Source: Raillietiella orientalis
Taxonomy: Eukaryota
Assembly: GCA_036172245.1 (NCBI GenBank)
Contig: JAYWIR010000001.1
Coordinates: 4,154,001 to 4,218,000 of the forward strand
DNA: 64,000 nt
Reading direction: 5' to 3'
The position numbers and the translations under genes were made by a program. Each line of letters starts with the position of its first letter. Position 1 is the first letter of the stretch. Shown in pieces: positions 1-13,099 of this stretch. The notes beneath the pieces are model-generated. The model was not told where the DNA came from, made no database searches, and saw only the letters and a list, made by a program, of their open reading frames with translations.

Positions 1-899
1 CGATACATGCTTCTGGTGCTTTCCACCCCATGTAGAAGAACAGTGATCATCATCAAGGAGTGACTTGGACAGGAGGTCTCTTGCTCCTCCACACACGAAG
101 AAATTCGTTTCCCGCGCCAGCGTTTTGGTTCAGGTCCAGCCACCGATGAAGCAACACTTTCCAAGGTCATGAAGATAGGAAACGAGCACTTTTTTGGCTT
201 GCTTCTGCAGTGATGATCCCGTACAGCGTGCATGCAAGAGACAAGACGGTGCCTGCCTTTCCTTCTGTTCGTTAACAAAACGAATTATTTCGAATGGAAA
301 CATTTCACTCAAACTGAGATGGCATGCAGGTTTCACCCTTTAATTATCATGAGTAATGGAAGCTGCGGCTTCCCAGAACTGTGAAAATGCTTTCCAATAA
401 AATCAACTTTCCATATAATCTTGGAGGAGCTTGAAAAAGGAAGCCAGTGAAACCTAAGTGGATGTCGTGCTTAATTGCAGTGCATTAACAAGAAAGAATG
501 GGTTTCGTCGCTCAGCTTTCAAAGCCCGAGTTCAGCGAGCGTTTCCTTCCTTACGGATAAAGACGGAAAAAATGACGATTCGTGATTTAGTAAGCCCACG
601 CAGCTTCTTACGTAATTCTGCACCAGTCGGAGCAGGAAGATATATCTGATAGCGGAATCGCCGATCGAGACGAGATGAAACTTCCGTAATTTTTGATGAA
701 TAATACGAAGATCCACTGACATGGAACGAGCAGTCCCTCCTGAACTTGAGTTTCCAGGAAACCGTTAGTGCTGCGGTGGGTAGTGTAAAAGCAAATTCAT
801 CTCATTTCAAGCTACCCTTCTTGATTTGAGAAAGAAAAAAAAAAAAAAGACATCAACACTGACAGATACTTTCCTCGCGACGGATTAACTTAAAATGTG

Positions 900-1400
900 C
901 CAAGATTTCAGGATGGAACGGAAGCAGCTAAGAGGGAAAATCTTTTCTAGCAATCAGGAAATGGGCAGACTGACGTGCCTGCATTTCCTGTTCCACAAGA
1001 TTCACTTTCACTGTAATCGGATTTTCTTCTACAAATTTGAAAGTCATGAGAAAATGATAATCTCTGGACCTTTCCCGGAACTGCAATCTAGAGAATCTAA
1101 AGTGTCCCAAGGGCAAGTCCACAAGCGGTAGCCTGGGAAGGAACAAACATTCTTTATCTCTATAACTCACCCGCCATCCCTAAAATCAGAGAATGTCGGG
1201 ATCGGCTATGATGATGGGAGCCTCGGTGAGCGAGAGAAACGAATTTCAGGATGTAGGTTTCCATCAGGAAAACGACCTTCATCTCACTCCATTCAGTGCA
1301 CGTAGTGCCGTTATAGAGATCCACCCTGAAATTCCTGAAACGAAATTTCCGTGTCTGGAAAGCAAGAAGCTTTGCCAACTTTGGGAAGAAAGCATTTTGT
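900..1400 (-). mobile_element. Degenerate LINE APE endonuclease fragment
   Basis: Minus-strand translations KVVFLMETY (like DxxxLQET) and FLIARKDF (like xxGDFN) in the expected order; frameshifted. Confidence 0.45.
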
Positions 1401-3949
1401 TCCTGTAGCCATCGCAAAAGAGGGAGACGATTGACAGGCACTGTAAGCGTAAAGTGGGGATTGAATATTGTAAATGCTATGGTTTAGAAACCCAGCTGCG
1501 AATTGTGGTTCTTCAGCGCTGCGTTAATGGCAGCATCCTCTGGAGTAGGGTGTGTAGTGAGGTTGAAAACTTCATTGCCACGAGCAGTAAGTTCCTCATG
1601 GGTCAACTACGAGGAACTTTCGAGGTCATTGCATCAGGGAACATTCAACTGCAGAACAGGCTTTCTTGAGTGAGGTTGAGTTTACGAATCACTTCCATCC
1701 GACGAGAGTCATTCTGCGACCAGATGCTTCTTTGCATCTTCAGCTTCATCGCAATCATTTTCCTATTCTCATTTTCCTTATGCTAGTCCTTCAAAAAGGA
1801 CGCTGTTAATAGCATGACTGACTTATTTTCATCAAGCGAAACCGTACGTAAGCTGCCACAGCAGAGCATTCAGAGATCTCATCCCTTACGTACACTGTCC
1901 ATCTTGAGTTAATGTCAATCAAGTTTCAGCAGTTATTTTTTTTTTTTTTTCACACAAGGAGAGATTAAAAGTGCACAGATTCTGTGGATCAGAGAAGGTG
2001 CCGAAGATTTGCACTCTGAAACATCCAGGCACAATATCTGCAACCATTCCTGTGCTTCAAGATGTTTCTCATCATGCACATGATCAGACGAACCGGCGAT
2101 CCGTGTGATCATTATAGACTGCTTATTCTTTCCATCTACATTTCAGTCATTTTGCCAGCACCATAAAAGCGAATCTCTTCGGCTCCATCCATTGTACCCG
2201 ATTCATCCGTTTGCATCTTGCGTGCGATATTTTTGTCTTTTTCGTAATTAGAATACCCCATGGGGCAAAATAATCATCACACTCAAGTATATCTGGTCAT
2301 GGTGTCTTCTGCGAGATGTTTCCCTTACTCTTAAATGTTGATGCAAGCGAAATTCTCCGTTATTTCCGCTTCTTATATTCCGTTCCTTATGATTTTCGTC
2401 ACAGGTATTTTATTCCCCTCTGCATCCGCGTAATTAATGATGGTATTTTCCTGTTCGATATGATGAGCGAAGCTGAAATTGAAATTTTCGCGCATGCAGT
2501 CATCACGCCACGGGGAAGAAAAAAAGAGAAAAAACCGCGCAAGGAACACATCCTTGTTCAGGAATTACAAGGCTCTTCGTGAGCATTCGGAGAGAATTTG
2601 CAAAATTGAGATTTCCGCATCTGGAGCTGCGAAGTTTTCGATCCGGACTTTCTAGCAATTCGTTTCAAGCAGGAAACGCTATCAGCGCATGGAATAATAG
2701 CCACCATCATTCTGAAGTTATTAGGTGGCGGGCACATGAGGGAAATCATGTGGAAAAGGCTTCTTGAACCACGATAGTAATTCCTGAACCATTACAGACT
2801 GCGATTTGAAAAAACTGGCTTTACCTCCTTGCCTCCATCTGCTGTGCGCGGTATTATTCATAATTAACAGTAGAATGCATAGTAGCTACTAATTGGCAAT
2901 ATTAAGTAAGGAGAGAATCTGGTTCGAGATAAATCAGAAGATCCTTTCCCCTCTGATTCGTGCTTTCTTCCTCTTCGTGTTCCTTTGACCACTTCATGTA
3001 TTTTTTATATGTGAACGTTCCGCAAGTGCTTATGCGTGATAAAGATTCTCTTCAACTTCCTCCTGGCAGCTTAATCTCGCATCTTGCACATTCTGTCTGA
3101 TTGCCGTCTCAGCACTATGAATTCTCAAGTAGACGCATGATTAACATTGCACACTTGCGCTCGTTGCTATTTACCGAACTCTACCCTCGTCGGAAACGCT
3201 TTTCGTGGGGGGTAGTCTTGCACAATGCTTTAGGTGTCTCGATTTCCGTAGTGGTGAGGTTTGCAGGTTGGAAAAGTATCATCCCCGTCTTCCGCTCCAT
3301 TTGCCTTCATCTGTGAATCTGATTACGTGCCAACAGAGACGCGTGTGCACACGGAAGGAAACTTTCCTGGAGAGCCGCAGACTCCATGGTAACCTGGAAG
3401 CAGCCCGAAGCTTGGCGCGTGTTGCTACAGGTTGGCGGAGAGGGGGATCTCGCCTTGCCATCGAAGTGAGAAGGAGTTTGCTTGCTAGCAGAGGCTGCAA
3501 CCACTCCGGGGAGCATTCCTTTCAAAAATGTTGAGCGCCCCAGGAGAGTGGACCTCAGTCAGAACTCCGTGGTCCCAAGATTCGAATACTTGAAACACGG
3601 AAGTGGAATCTCAGCTTTCCATTTGCCACTTTCGCGTCAACGATCACTCTGGAAGCGTTTGGGGCCCACACTGTGGTATGGCGCTGTGATTCAGTGACTT
3701 GTTTGACGTTTGTAACGGAGTACATAATCACAGTTTTAGCTTTTGAGATCCCGGTGCAGCTGCAATGCATACGGATATCCTTCTAACAGAAGCTGCTAGA
3801 GCTTTTATAGCCACTGCCAGAGGACAACACAAAGCTCTAAAAACTAGTGCTTTGTGAAGAAGACCTACTCTAGAAAGTGCTTTTGCCTTTCAAGGAAAGT
3901 TTCCTGCTCCGCTGGGGCAAACTTTTCTGTCTTGGGTTACCATGTCTTT

Positions 3950-4700
3950 CTAAGACACTAGTCATCCGCAGAAACCATCCTGGTGCTTGTGGGCAATGCA
4001 GTCCTACTAATGGGAGGATTTTCTAGAACGATGAGGAGCAAATGAGTTGGTGGCAGCTTGCCTTTTTCTCCCCAGATGCCGGTGGTATATTCTTAGGTGC
4101 AGCATCTACTGTGATTCCAGCGTCCGTTCTCTAGTTCCGCAAAATCAAAATCGGATTTGTTGCCTCCATGTAGCTAGGATGTGCTTGGTCTTCCTCATGA
4201 CATGGTCCTGTAGCTACTTGGAGTCAAACTCTGCGCGTAGGGGTCACCCCCAACATGCGATATGGAAATTTAGATCCTGGGGCAGAACAATAGAATCTTA
4301 AACGAAAAGTTTTCCGAAGAGGATGTTCCTTTGAAAACGCACGGCGCGGCTGGAATTTGGCGACCATGGGAACACGCGTGTGTTGACCTAGCAGGCGCCT
4401 GCGCATCAGCGTGGCATTGCTTCCAAGCTAGACCTTTAGAAGAATTCTTGCTTAAATTGCCGAGGGCTCCTTTTCTAGATGCGCAAACATAGGCAGAAGA
4501 TTTTAAATCGGATTTGCTTGGGAAGGTTCCGGGAAAAATTCCACGGGCACCGTCGGGGCAGTTTGGAGCTCGAAGTATCAGCCGAGTTCCTCAAAGGTCA
4601 TGATTCGCGTTCCCCTGTTTGTTCTGGGGGAAACACAGAGAAAACGTGCGAAACTGTGGCATTCCTTCTTCTGCATCTGCAGAACTCGAAAGAACCTTCT
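3950..4700 (-). mobile_element. Degenerate L1-like RT C-terminal fragment
   Basis: Minus-strand YRMLGV (YLG-like) followed by MRKTKHILATWRQ, resembling the L1 post-RT region; many frameshifts. Confidence 0.4.
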
Positions 4701-4985
4701 CGAATCCTATGTATTTTCCACGGGCAGCAAGGCGAGAGCAGCCTGAGGTCTGCGGGGGCAAGAAACGACCCCCGCCAATGACCTTCCTGCTCTCTGAATC
4801 TCCTCTTCTCCGAAGGAGATTCCTTCCACTATGAAATGGAGAGGGCATTGTTGATTTTCTTCTACGAATCACGACTAACAACACCATGATACAGGAACAG
4901 AAACCACTGCCATTCTGGGAACAGCTTTTAACTGAGTTTTTCGGAGCGTCTTTTAGTGGTTTCTGAGGCACCCTATAGGAGCCAC

Positions 4986-5712
4986 CCTTCTGCGTGCTTC
5001 CGACCTCCGCTCTCTTTGGCTTTCTTCTTTGGGGGTCTCTGAGAATTCAGGACATATGGACTAACTCCCACTTGACCGTTCGGCAACGCCGCTTCTTGCG
5101 GGGCTCGCAAGGCTCTTGCATTGCCTGCAGGGAGAGGACAAATGGACTCGGACTGACCACCTGTTATGCTGTACGAGCGAGATGAGCTCTCGGTTTCTTC
5201 CATTTAACTTGGGTACTCTACGCTCGGGGGTGGTTTTCACGATGTTGTTTTCCTGTTGGTGACTCGCCGACAGTTGTTTGTTCATCCTGGCTGGTCACAC
5301 ATTCTGGCTGACTAGCAGTGTGGGATGCCGGCGCGTACACCGTAACGCCTTTCTTCGTGTTCCTGCCTTCCTTCGCAGGGGATCTCGAGTTTTACGGGAG
5401 CATCCTCCTCCTCCTCCAGCTGTCCGACTCCGCAGGAGATCCTACCGCGAGTGTTCCTGCTGAAACGAACGTCTCTTTGCCAAGGTGAGCAGGATGGATG
5501 GCTTCAATTTGTTTTGTCTCTTTTCTTCGCCATGCTTCTTTCAATGCTGCTGCGCTGTTCTTACGCGAGCAGATGGCATCGAGTGCGACGACGACCCGAC
5601 ACTCCGTTTCGGGGCGGTAGGTCCAGGAAGGACTGGTTCGTGACCGCCAGCTTCCGTTTCTCTTGATCTCCTTCCTTGATGAATCGGGACTTTCATGGTG
5701 GCATCCCTTAGC
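4986..5712. repeat. Inverted repeat IR1, left arm (727 bp; partner 10428-11154)
   Basis: Reverse complement of 10428-11154. Mirrored ORFs have a constant coordinate sum of 16140; one substitution seen (RPDTP vs RLDTP). Confidence 0.95.
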
Positions 5713-5845
5713 GAGGAACTTGGGATTTTGTAGGTTTGCAATTAAAATGTGCGTCAACATCGATGCACATGCCGGATTCTTGCTGCCCATTCTGTTCGCA
5801 CCACCTCTTGTGTTGATGAGACTGAGAGATTCTAGGGGAAAGTGC

Positions 5846-6464
5846 TTTTTTTTTTTTTCGGTTCTCTAAGTACCGGAGAACCGTTTGCCTCCTTAAGGGA
5901 GGCTTACAAAGCTCTTTAGCACTGCCTAAGCCACCGAAGGTGCGTGTAACTTTTCAGTTTAGGGGATAACGCTGCATGGAGCAACCTGTAAATCCAGGAA
6001 GGCTCCAGATGAAGGTGTTCATTCCTCTTACGTTTGGGAGGGGAGTCTGAAGGGAGCCGTCGACCCTGATTGCCTCCGAAAGGAACTCCAAGTGACAGAA
6101 GGCTCTCCTTAAAGGGAGCAGAGCTCTTACGCCACTCTAGAGAGGCAACCCCCCGAGGGGGAATACAGCTCCCTTTTCACAACCGGAGGGGAATCCTGAA
6201 GGGAACCGTCGTTCCTTGATTCCTGAAAGACTTTGTAGGGTCAACTTCCAATCGTAACCAGTCAACGGAGGCATCCGAGGGCTTCCGGATTCCACCAATA
6301 GCGTACCCGAAGCCTATAAGTTCAATCAGCGTCATCTTGCAGTGGAAACTCAAAACCCACGACTCACCTCTCATTCTTGACGCCCATCCTTCCCCGGGTG
6401 GAATTCGAACCCGCAACGTTTGGTGCCACGCGCGGAAATAGCAGTCACACGGCCGCCAACGGAG
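5846..6464 (-). mobile_element. tRNA-headed SINE-like element, copy 1
   Basis: Minus strand: TGGCGGCCGTGTG A-box-like sequence, GCGGGTTCGAATTCC B box, shared core, hairpin subrepeats, and tail GCCTCC-CTTAA-GGAGGC...CGGTTCTC...GAGAACCG followed by A13. Confidence 0.85.
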
Positions 6465-6549
6465 GCTTTTTTTTCGTGCAGAGAGCAGAAAGCAGCGTCG
6501 ATGGCACCATGCTGAAGAAAAGTTTCCGCATCTGCGTGTGCCCGCGTGT

Positions 6550-7250
6550 TCTGAAAAGTTTCTGGATCCCATGGGTGCCGATCTTGGAATTAAGGAAGTT
6601 TTCGAAGCGGAGCGGCAGAGAGATCGGGTGAGCGGAAGAGCATAAATATCCGTCGAACTGAAAAGAAAGGTCCTGGTTACTGCATGCATCCTTTCTGGAC
6701 GCTTTCCTCGCACGTCTGACTAGGAAGAAGCGAAACCGATTGCGGTCTTCTCAAGAGAGACAGGAGGATGCATGAAAGACGGGGCGACTGGCCGCGCTTC
6801 GTTCACCTTTCCCACCTGCAAACTTCAAAGCTTCCGGAGTGGGTGAAAACGAGGTCTCTGGCACGCGTTCTGGGGTAGCAGCTGATGGCACGAAGACGGT
6901 CGTTCTGTTTCGGGAGCAGAGGAGGAGCTGATCGACACTCAGCGGATCACAAGGGGAGTCGATGCTCCACTCGGGAAGATGTCGTTGACAAACTGGGAGG
7001 CATTTGCGTTAAGCATGATTTGTATCGAGACGCTAAAAGGGATCGAAAGGGGGGGACTCCCGAATAAACGTGATGAAGCACTAGGATCATCGCTTCGCTT
7101 GGTCCTGGGAGCCAGCTTCGTAGCTCCCTTGAGCCTGCAAGCGCCCTTCCCAAACGAGCACTGTTTTGCCGAGAACCACGGAAATTTCCGGATCTTCGAC
7201 GATACAAATCTGCTGCGGGATTAATGGCGTCCGGTCCGGTCACGACCTTA
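6550..7250 (+). mobile_element. Degenerate LINE APE fragment
   Basis: Weak APE-like motifs (IAVFS, PFPNEH resembling SDH) across frameshifts. Confidence 0.3.
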
Positions 7251-8099
7251 GCGACCTACTCCACTCCCATTCGCCATGATCCGTCTTCCCATAGAGGCAC
7301 TTTTCCTCTCATCCTGACAGCAGGACGAAACGGAAGGTTCCTCCGGGCAAGTCGGTTTTCGATGAGTTACGGTTGCCTCCCCGAAGAGGTCCGCACAACA
7401 CGCGCAAGTCCTGAGCAGCTGAAGATCCTCTTGCGCAGGCCGATTTCAGGAAGCATTTCTGAATTGAAATTGGAAGATCAGCAATGGATGGACTGCTTCT
7501 GTGTTCCGTTCCAATGAGGATGTCAACCTTGAAGGCGGAACAAAAGAAGAAAACCCCAAGACGATCTCTATTCTCCTGCTCTCCTTCCTACTGAACGCAC
7601 TGCAACCGGCGAAGACCAGGAAAATCCTTCGAGAATTCGGTGCAACCCTTGCCAGGACGTTTGCTCGGAAGAAGCAGTTCATCAGTTAGGGAGGAATCGG
7701 CATCCGCCGGCCTGGAAGAAAAGCAACCATACTCTCTACGGACGAAACCAGCGAGGCGTAGGAGGTGGTCAGGAAGAACCAGGAAATCAAAGGGGAATAC
7801 GATGCACCGGCTCCACGGTACCAAGCACCATTCCCGCAAGTCTGCAGAGGGAAAAGAAAGATGAGCTCACCGATCTCGGGCTGGTCGCCCTCGCTGCTCC
7901 CATTATGGGGTGTGGGGATTTGATTTTTCCTTCAAGGCAACTTGCCTCCCTCCTGGCAGTCCATCCGTGCATCTCTGGCGTCCTTTGGATCTGATTGTTT
8001 GGCGGTAGGAGGCGGTCATGTCCCCTGCGGGGTTACGTTCCAAGGAGCGCGCCCAGTGGAACTTCGTCCCCAACCATCTTTTGGCAGAGGTTCAGCACC

Positions 8100-9075
8100 C
8101 CGTCCGCCACACCTCCTGCCGTAGAGATGTCCGCCCTCAGAGAGGCAGATGACAGTTGCCTACAGGCAAGGTGGGAGGCCTTCTGCTCCGCTGCAGGAGA
8201 GACCAAACCCCCAGACGGCTGGACAAGGAGCGAGCTGGTGGAATCCTCCCCGTTCACGAGCAGACGGACCATTTCACTGTCGAGTGCGCCTCCCTGGCGA
8301 AGTCATGGCCCTCCCCTCGTGCATTTTTTCGCTCCCTTGTTCCGCTTAAACTGGGAGGTGGATGCGCTGCTGTTTCTGCACTGGGGATTGCACAGCGATC
8401 AGCTTCCACACCCCCTTTCCGTGGGGTGGGAGTTGCAGCCCCGTGCTGTTCCCGGGGCGGGTCGGTGAAAGCGATCCTGCGCTTTCGACTGCATCGCCCT
8501 CCACGAACGCTGGAAGAGCCCGGGTTCGGCGCTCCTTTACCAGGGCAACACCGTCCGTGACCTACCGCGGCAACTCTCGGCAGGCTCAACGATCGCGGCG
8601 GGGTGCTGAGCACGCGCCTCGGCCGCGGCCGGCCACGTCCTGGAGGATGGAGGGCAGCGAAGGCAGACCATCCGCATGGCAGCCGCCTACACGAAGACCG
8701 TCGCTAGGTGGCCTCACCTAGAAGAGGAAGTGGAGTCGGAGAAAGGCAGCATCCAGTGTCGGTTGCAGGAGGGAGGAAGGGCCGGAACCGGTAACCCCCG
8801 TCCTCATTCTTCCCCCTTTTATTGACTGAGTTGCAGTCTGCTCTTCCTGTTCCGGACTTTTCCCGATGTCTGAGAAGGAACGGGAAAAGGCAAAGATCCC
8901 TGCCCTGTATTCTTCTTTTCTCATTCTTGTGTACCACCCCCTCCTTCCTGTTTGGGACTTCCGGAGTGCCCTATCTGCGTGTCCGAGAGAGGTGTGGTCG
9001 TTCTTTTGTTGGGGAACTTGGCGGTTCCCTCCATATTTGTCCGTCTTTTAAATGAATGCCCCAGGGCGTTACGGG
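8100..9075 (+). mobile_element. L1/Tx1-like LINE 3' fragment (zf-RVT + 3'UTR)
   Basis: LLFLHWGL...FDCIALHERW, a pyrimidine tract, and terminal AATGAATGCCCCAGG matching the other copies. Confidence 0.7.
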
Positions 9076-9180
9076 AAACTCGGGATACAGGATGCGTCTA
9101 ATTTGGTCTCATCCTTACCGGTATTCGAACCCTCGATTCCAGGAGCCGTGCGCGGCTGCCGTGGTAACGTGGACTGTGGT
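9072..9180 (-). mobile_element. Truncated SINE head (copy 8)
   Basis: Minus strand GAGGGTTCGAATACC followed by AAGGATGAGACCAAAT-TAGACGCATC, similar to the post-B-box sequence of copy 7. Confidence 0.6.
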
Positions 9181-10427
9181 GGCTGGCTCGGATTCCTGCA
9201 GGTCTTGGTCGGAAAGTCCATCTTCGGCAGGGAGGCGCAATTGGTGTAGCCACGCGACACATCCTGTAGTTCGCTATCCTTTCGGTCTTTCCTCATTCGT
9301 GGAGTCCCGAAACTTGAAGCGCTTCTTCATCGCAGCTCTTCACAATTCCGTCTTCCCGGATTTCGGACCAGTTCGTTGCACCTCTGGAACCTCTGAATCC
9401 TCCACACTCCAAGCAAGACAAACGGAGAGCAGAAAAGCCCCGACTCGAGTCCTTTGTTATCGTGGATGGATTGCGTGGGGGACGCGTCAGCCGCCCATAA
9501 TCCGCCAGCAGCCCACGGGGACGCAACGAACAAGCAGAATTTTTCGCCACTTATTGGCGTTCTTTGCTCAGGGAACCGCCAAGCAGATTGAAGCGATGCT
9601 TCGACCACCCGCCGCGTCTCCAGGGCAACCTGCGGTGGGGAGTCGCTTTGACCACTGCGCTGTGCAGTCCCGAGCTGCCTTCCTTTCTTCCCCACGAAAA
9701 CTTCCGCGCGATCTCGGCATCCTCAGCGTTCTGCCCGCGCTTTCGGCCAACAGCCCTCCCGAGGCGAGCTTCCCCACGGGCGTCCTCGGAGCAGTCGGCG
9801 GAAGCGGCACATCACCACTCATCAAGGGGACCACGTCCTTCCTGGAAAGATAGTCCGTTAATCATCTTCCCCTTTCGAGCAAATGGGCCGGATCCTGTCG
9901 GCGTGGTCCGGGCTTCGCACTGTGTGGCGGCAGCTCTGGTACTCAAGAGATCTGCGGAGCCGAGCCTGCTGCCAGGCGAAAATTTTTCGGTCCCTACTTT
10001 GATTTTAGAAAGCCCGGCCGTGCTGGATCCTGCCTCCGGCACAGGACCTCCAGAAGTTCTTCTTCTCTTCTCCTCACTTCCGGCGTTCCGAGGCGAAACA
10101 AGACCACCCGTTCGTTCCGGAGGAGCCAAGTGGCAAGGAGGAGGGGGCACCGCACCCTCGCGAGTTGGAGTGGGGTCTTCGGGCAAGGGACGTGCCAGCC
10201 ATCTCCCTGGAGGGAAGCGTCTGCCGGAGGCGGTCCGAAGAGTCTCTGCGAGCACCTGCTATTTCTGGAAGGGAGCTGTTAGAAAGAATCACCAGCTGCC
10301 GCTTCGCACACACTACTTAGTTCGATCCGTTGTGGTGCGAGAGGAGCCGACAACGACCGAATGCGCAGGAGATGCCGGGCCCAAGTGCGCTTGAGCAATA
10401 GCGAACCCACAAAATTCCCACTTCGCT

Positions 10428-11154
10428 GCTAAGGGATGCCACCATGAAAGTCCCGATTCATCAAGGAAGGAGATCAAGAGAAACGGAAGCTGGCGGTCAC
10501 GAACCAGTCCTTCCTGGACCTACCGCCCCGAAACGGAGTGTCGAGTCGTCGTCGCACTCGATGCCATCTGCTCGCGTAAGAACAGCGCAGCAGCATTGAA
10601 AGAAGCATGGCGAAGAAAAGAGACAAAACAAATTGAAGCCATCCATCCTGCTCACCTTGGCAAAGAGACGTTCGTTTCAGCAGGAACACTCGCGGTAGGA
10701 TCTCCTGCGGAGTCGGACAGCTGGAGGAGGAGGAGGATGCTCCCGTAAAACTCGAGATCCCCTGCGAAGGAAGGCAGGAACACGAAGAAAGGCGTTACGG
10801 TGTACGCGCCGGCATCCCACACTGCTAGTCAGCCAGAATGTGTGACCAGCCAGGATGAACAAACAACTGTCGGCGAGTCACCAACAGGAAAACAACATCG
10901 TGAAAACCACCCCCGAGCGTAGAGTACCCAAGTTAAATGGAAGAAACCGAGAGCTCATCTCGCTCGTACAGCATAACAGGTGGTCAGTCCGAGTCCATTT
11001 GTCCTCTCCCTGCAGGCAATGCAAGAGCCTTGCGAGCCCCGCAAGAAGCGGCGTTGCCGAACGGTCAAGTGGGAGTTAGTCCATATGTCCTGAATTCTCA
11101 GAGACCCCCAAAGAAGAAAGCCAAAGAGAGCGGAGGTCGGAAGCACGCAGAAGG
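10428..11154. repeat. Inverted repeat IR1, right arm
   Basis: Reverse complement of 4986-5712. Confidence 0.95.
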
Positions 11155-13099
11155 CAGCAGAAGTGGAGCAGCGTAATCCGGCATTCATGGTGGACACCGT
11201 CCACGGAGGATCTTCAGTCAAACAGCAGAGATCCTCAGAGAGTTGGCAGAGTCAGGGATTCCTCGGAGTTCCTACGGGCTCGAGCAGTGCGGAAAGAATC
11301 TGGAACTTCATCCGCCGAACGCTGGTGGTGAGATGATCCTCGTCTTCTTCCACAATGAGCAGGTGAGTTCCTCTCGAGTAGACGGCTTGCAAGATAACAA
11401 CGACTGGCCTAAGAGATACGGTTACACTTTTTCCCCAACCCTTTCCGTTCAGGATATCGGAATAACCTTGCTCGGAACAATTCGTGATGATGGCACCTCA
11501 CAGAGTCTCATCCGGAGGTTGTCTGAACTTCAATCTGATTCCTGAAAATCCTCCATTCCGAGGTAGCAGGGGCGAGCAAGTGTTTCTCTGGCGGTGGATC
11601 CCCCATGACTGTCCTCCGAGACCGGCTGGAAGATCATCAGCATTGCGGGAAAAATGCAAATGTTCTGGCTGATGCAGCATTCACCGCAGGACCTCCCCAA
11701 TAAAAAAAAAAAAAAAAACTTTTCCAAATTCAGAGTAGCATCCTGGAGATCTGAGTCGGCCGGCGAGCATCTGAATTTGGAATGTACTTTCCCTGCATCT
11801 GTGTGAAAACAGATAGCGTTTTCTAACAGTTTTATAGGCTTCATGTGCACGGACGGCTTTTTTTAAAGAGGAGCCCTTTCATCTCCTGGACCTACTTTTA
11901 TTATCCTTTCCTGCCAACGATTCATCTTTCCTTGCTCACTTTTTCCAGCATTCCTCCCCCTCTCTTCCTCCCCCTCTCTCTTCCTCCCTCTCTTTTCAAA
12001 AGAACATTTCGATTCCGTATTCCGTGTGAAGGAAAGTCTTCAGTGGATCTATCAGAAGACATCTGGTTTGAAATCCACACTTCAGTCGGCACTCCGCTCC
12101 CTTGTTTCCGTCTCCAGCCGGGAGCCCTGTTCCAGAAGAACTAAGCAAGCACTCAGATATCCTCGTCACTGTTGCTAGATGCAGAATTCATTCCATCCAC
12201 TTCCCTTTGGAAATACTCATCACTAACGGTGGTTGGACTACTGACTTTCCGCCATTTCTAGATAGCTGTGGCTCTCTATTTTCCCTGACACGCTGTGACA
12301 GATTCGAAATAGAAGAGTATGGAGAAGGGTAGAGGAATTGAAAGAGTAAATAGAGATTACAACCTTTATTTACTCTTCTGTTTCCTCTATGGAAACATCT
12401 ACACTGGACTTCCCGTGTCCATTTCCTAGAGAGAGGAATCCCTTGAACTCGATATGGTAAGGTGCTTCCTTCCTCCTCCGTTCGTAATTTTTTTAACTCT
12501 ACGATCTTACTCCTTCACTAGAAGGGCTGCAAGCGCTGTGCACGAGCTTTGTGGATGCTTGCAACCTTCCGTATGGAAGCTGCTTAATGCTTTTCAGCAC
12601 TGATGCAAACGTTCCCAGTCGCAAACGAAGTGATCCCGGTAGCGCACCAGCTGCCTTCCTTCAGGTTTCCAGCCGGCAAGCTCAAGTTTGCTCCGCAGCT
12701 CGTGTCGAGGAAAGTCTTTCCTGGCTCATCCAGGTTCGCTTATAGAATCTAGTGCATCACTGACTAGCCGAAAGGAATCACTTTCCAGAAGCATGAGTTA
12801 TTTATGTGGGTTATTTATGATGTTGCTATGAGGACTGCCTGCCTATTAGAAGTTTCCAGAAATCTTGAAAATATCATTTTTTTGGCAATAAAACTTCTTT
12901 TTTCCTTCCACTGTTTGCTCTGGTGTGGTTACGTGAAAGTTCCGCTCTTCCGAAATTTCAGCTACAGATAAAAGTACAATTCCTGACCAAAGATACTCTT
13001 CCCTGTCTAATGATAAATTCTGTCTAGTGCATCTCTTGGTTTCATCTGGAAAACCCTGTTAACAACGCTTGCTTGTGCTTCAGAGCTTGATAAGCTTCA

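Noticed and set aside
9056-10394. 265-aa and 276-aa ORFs as genes
   Set aside because: No recognisable domain, Arg/Ser/Pro-rich composition, and overlap with SINE/LINE remnants.
4986-11154. IR1 or IR2 as long TIRs of a DNA transposon (Mutator/foldback/Polinton)
   Set aside because: No TSDs, no transposase, and the arms appear to be decayed LINE sequence (clear for IR2, weaker for IR1).
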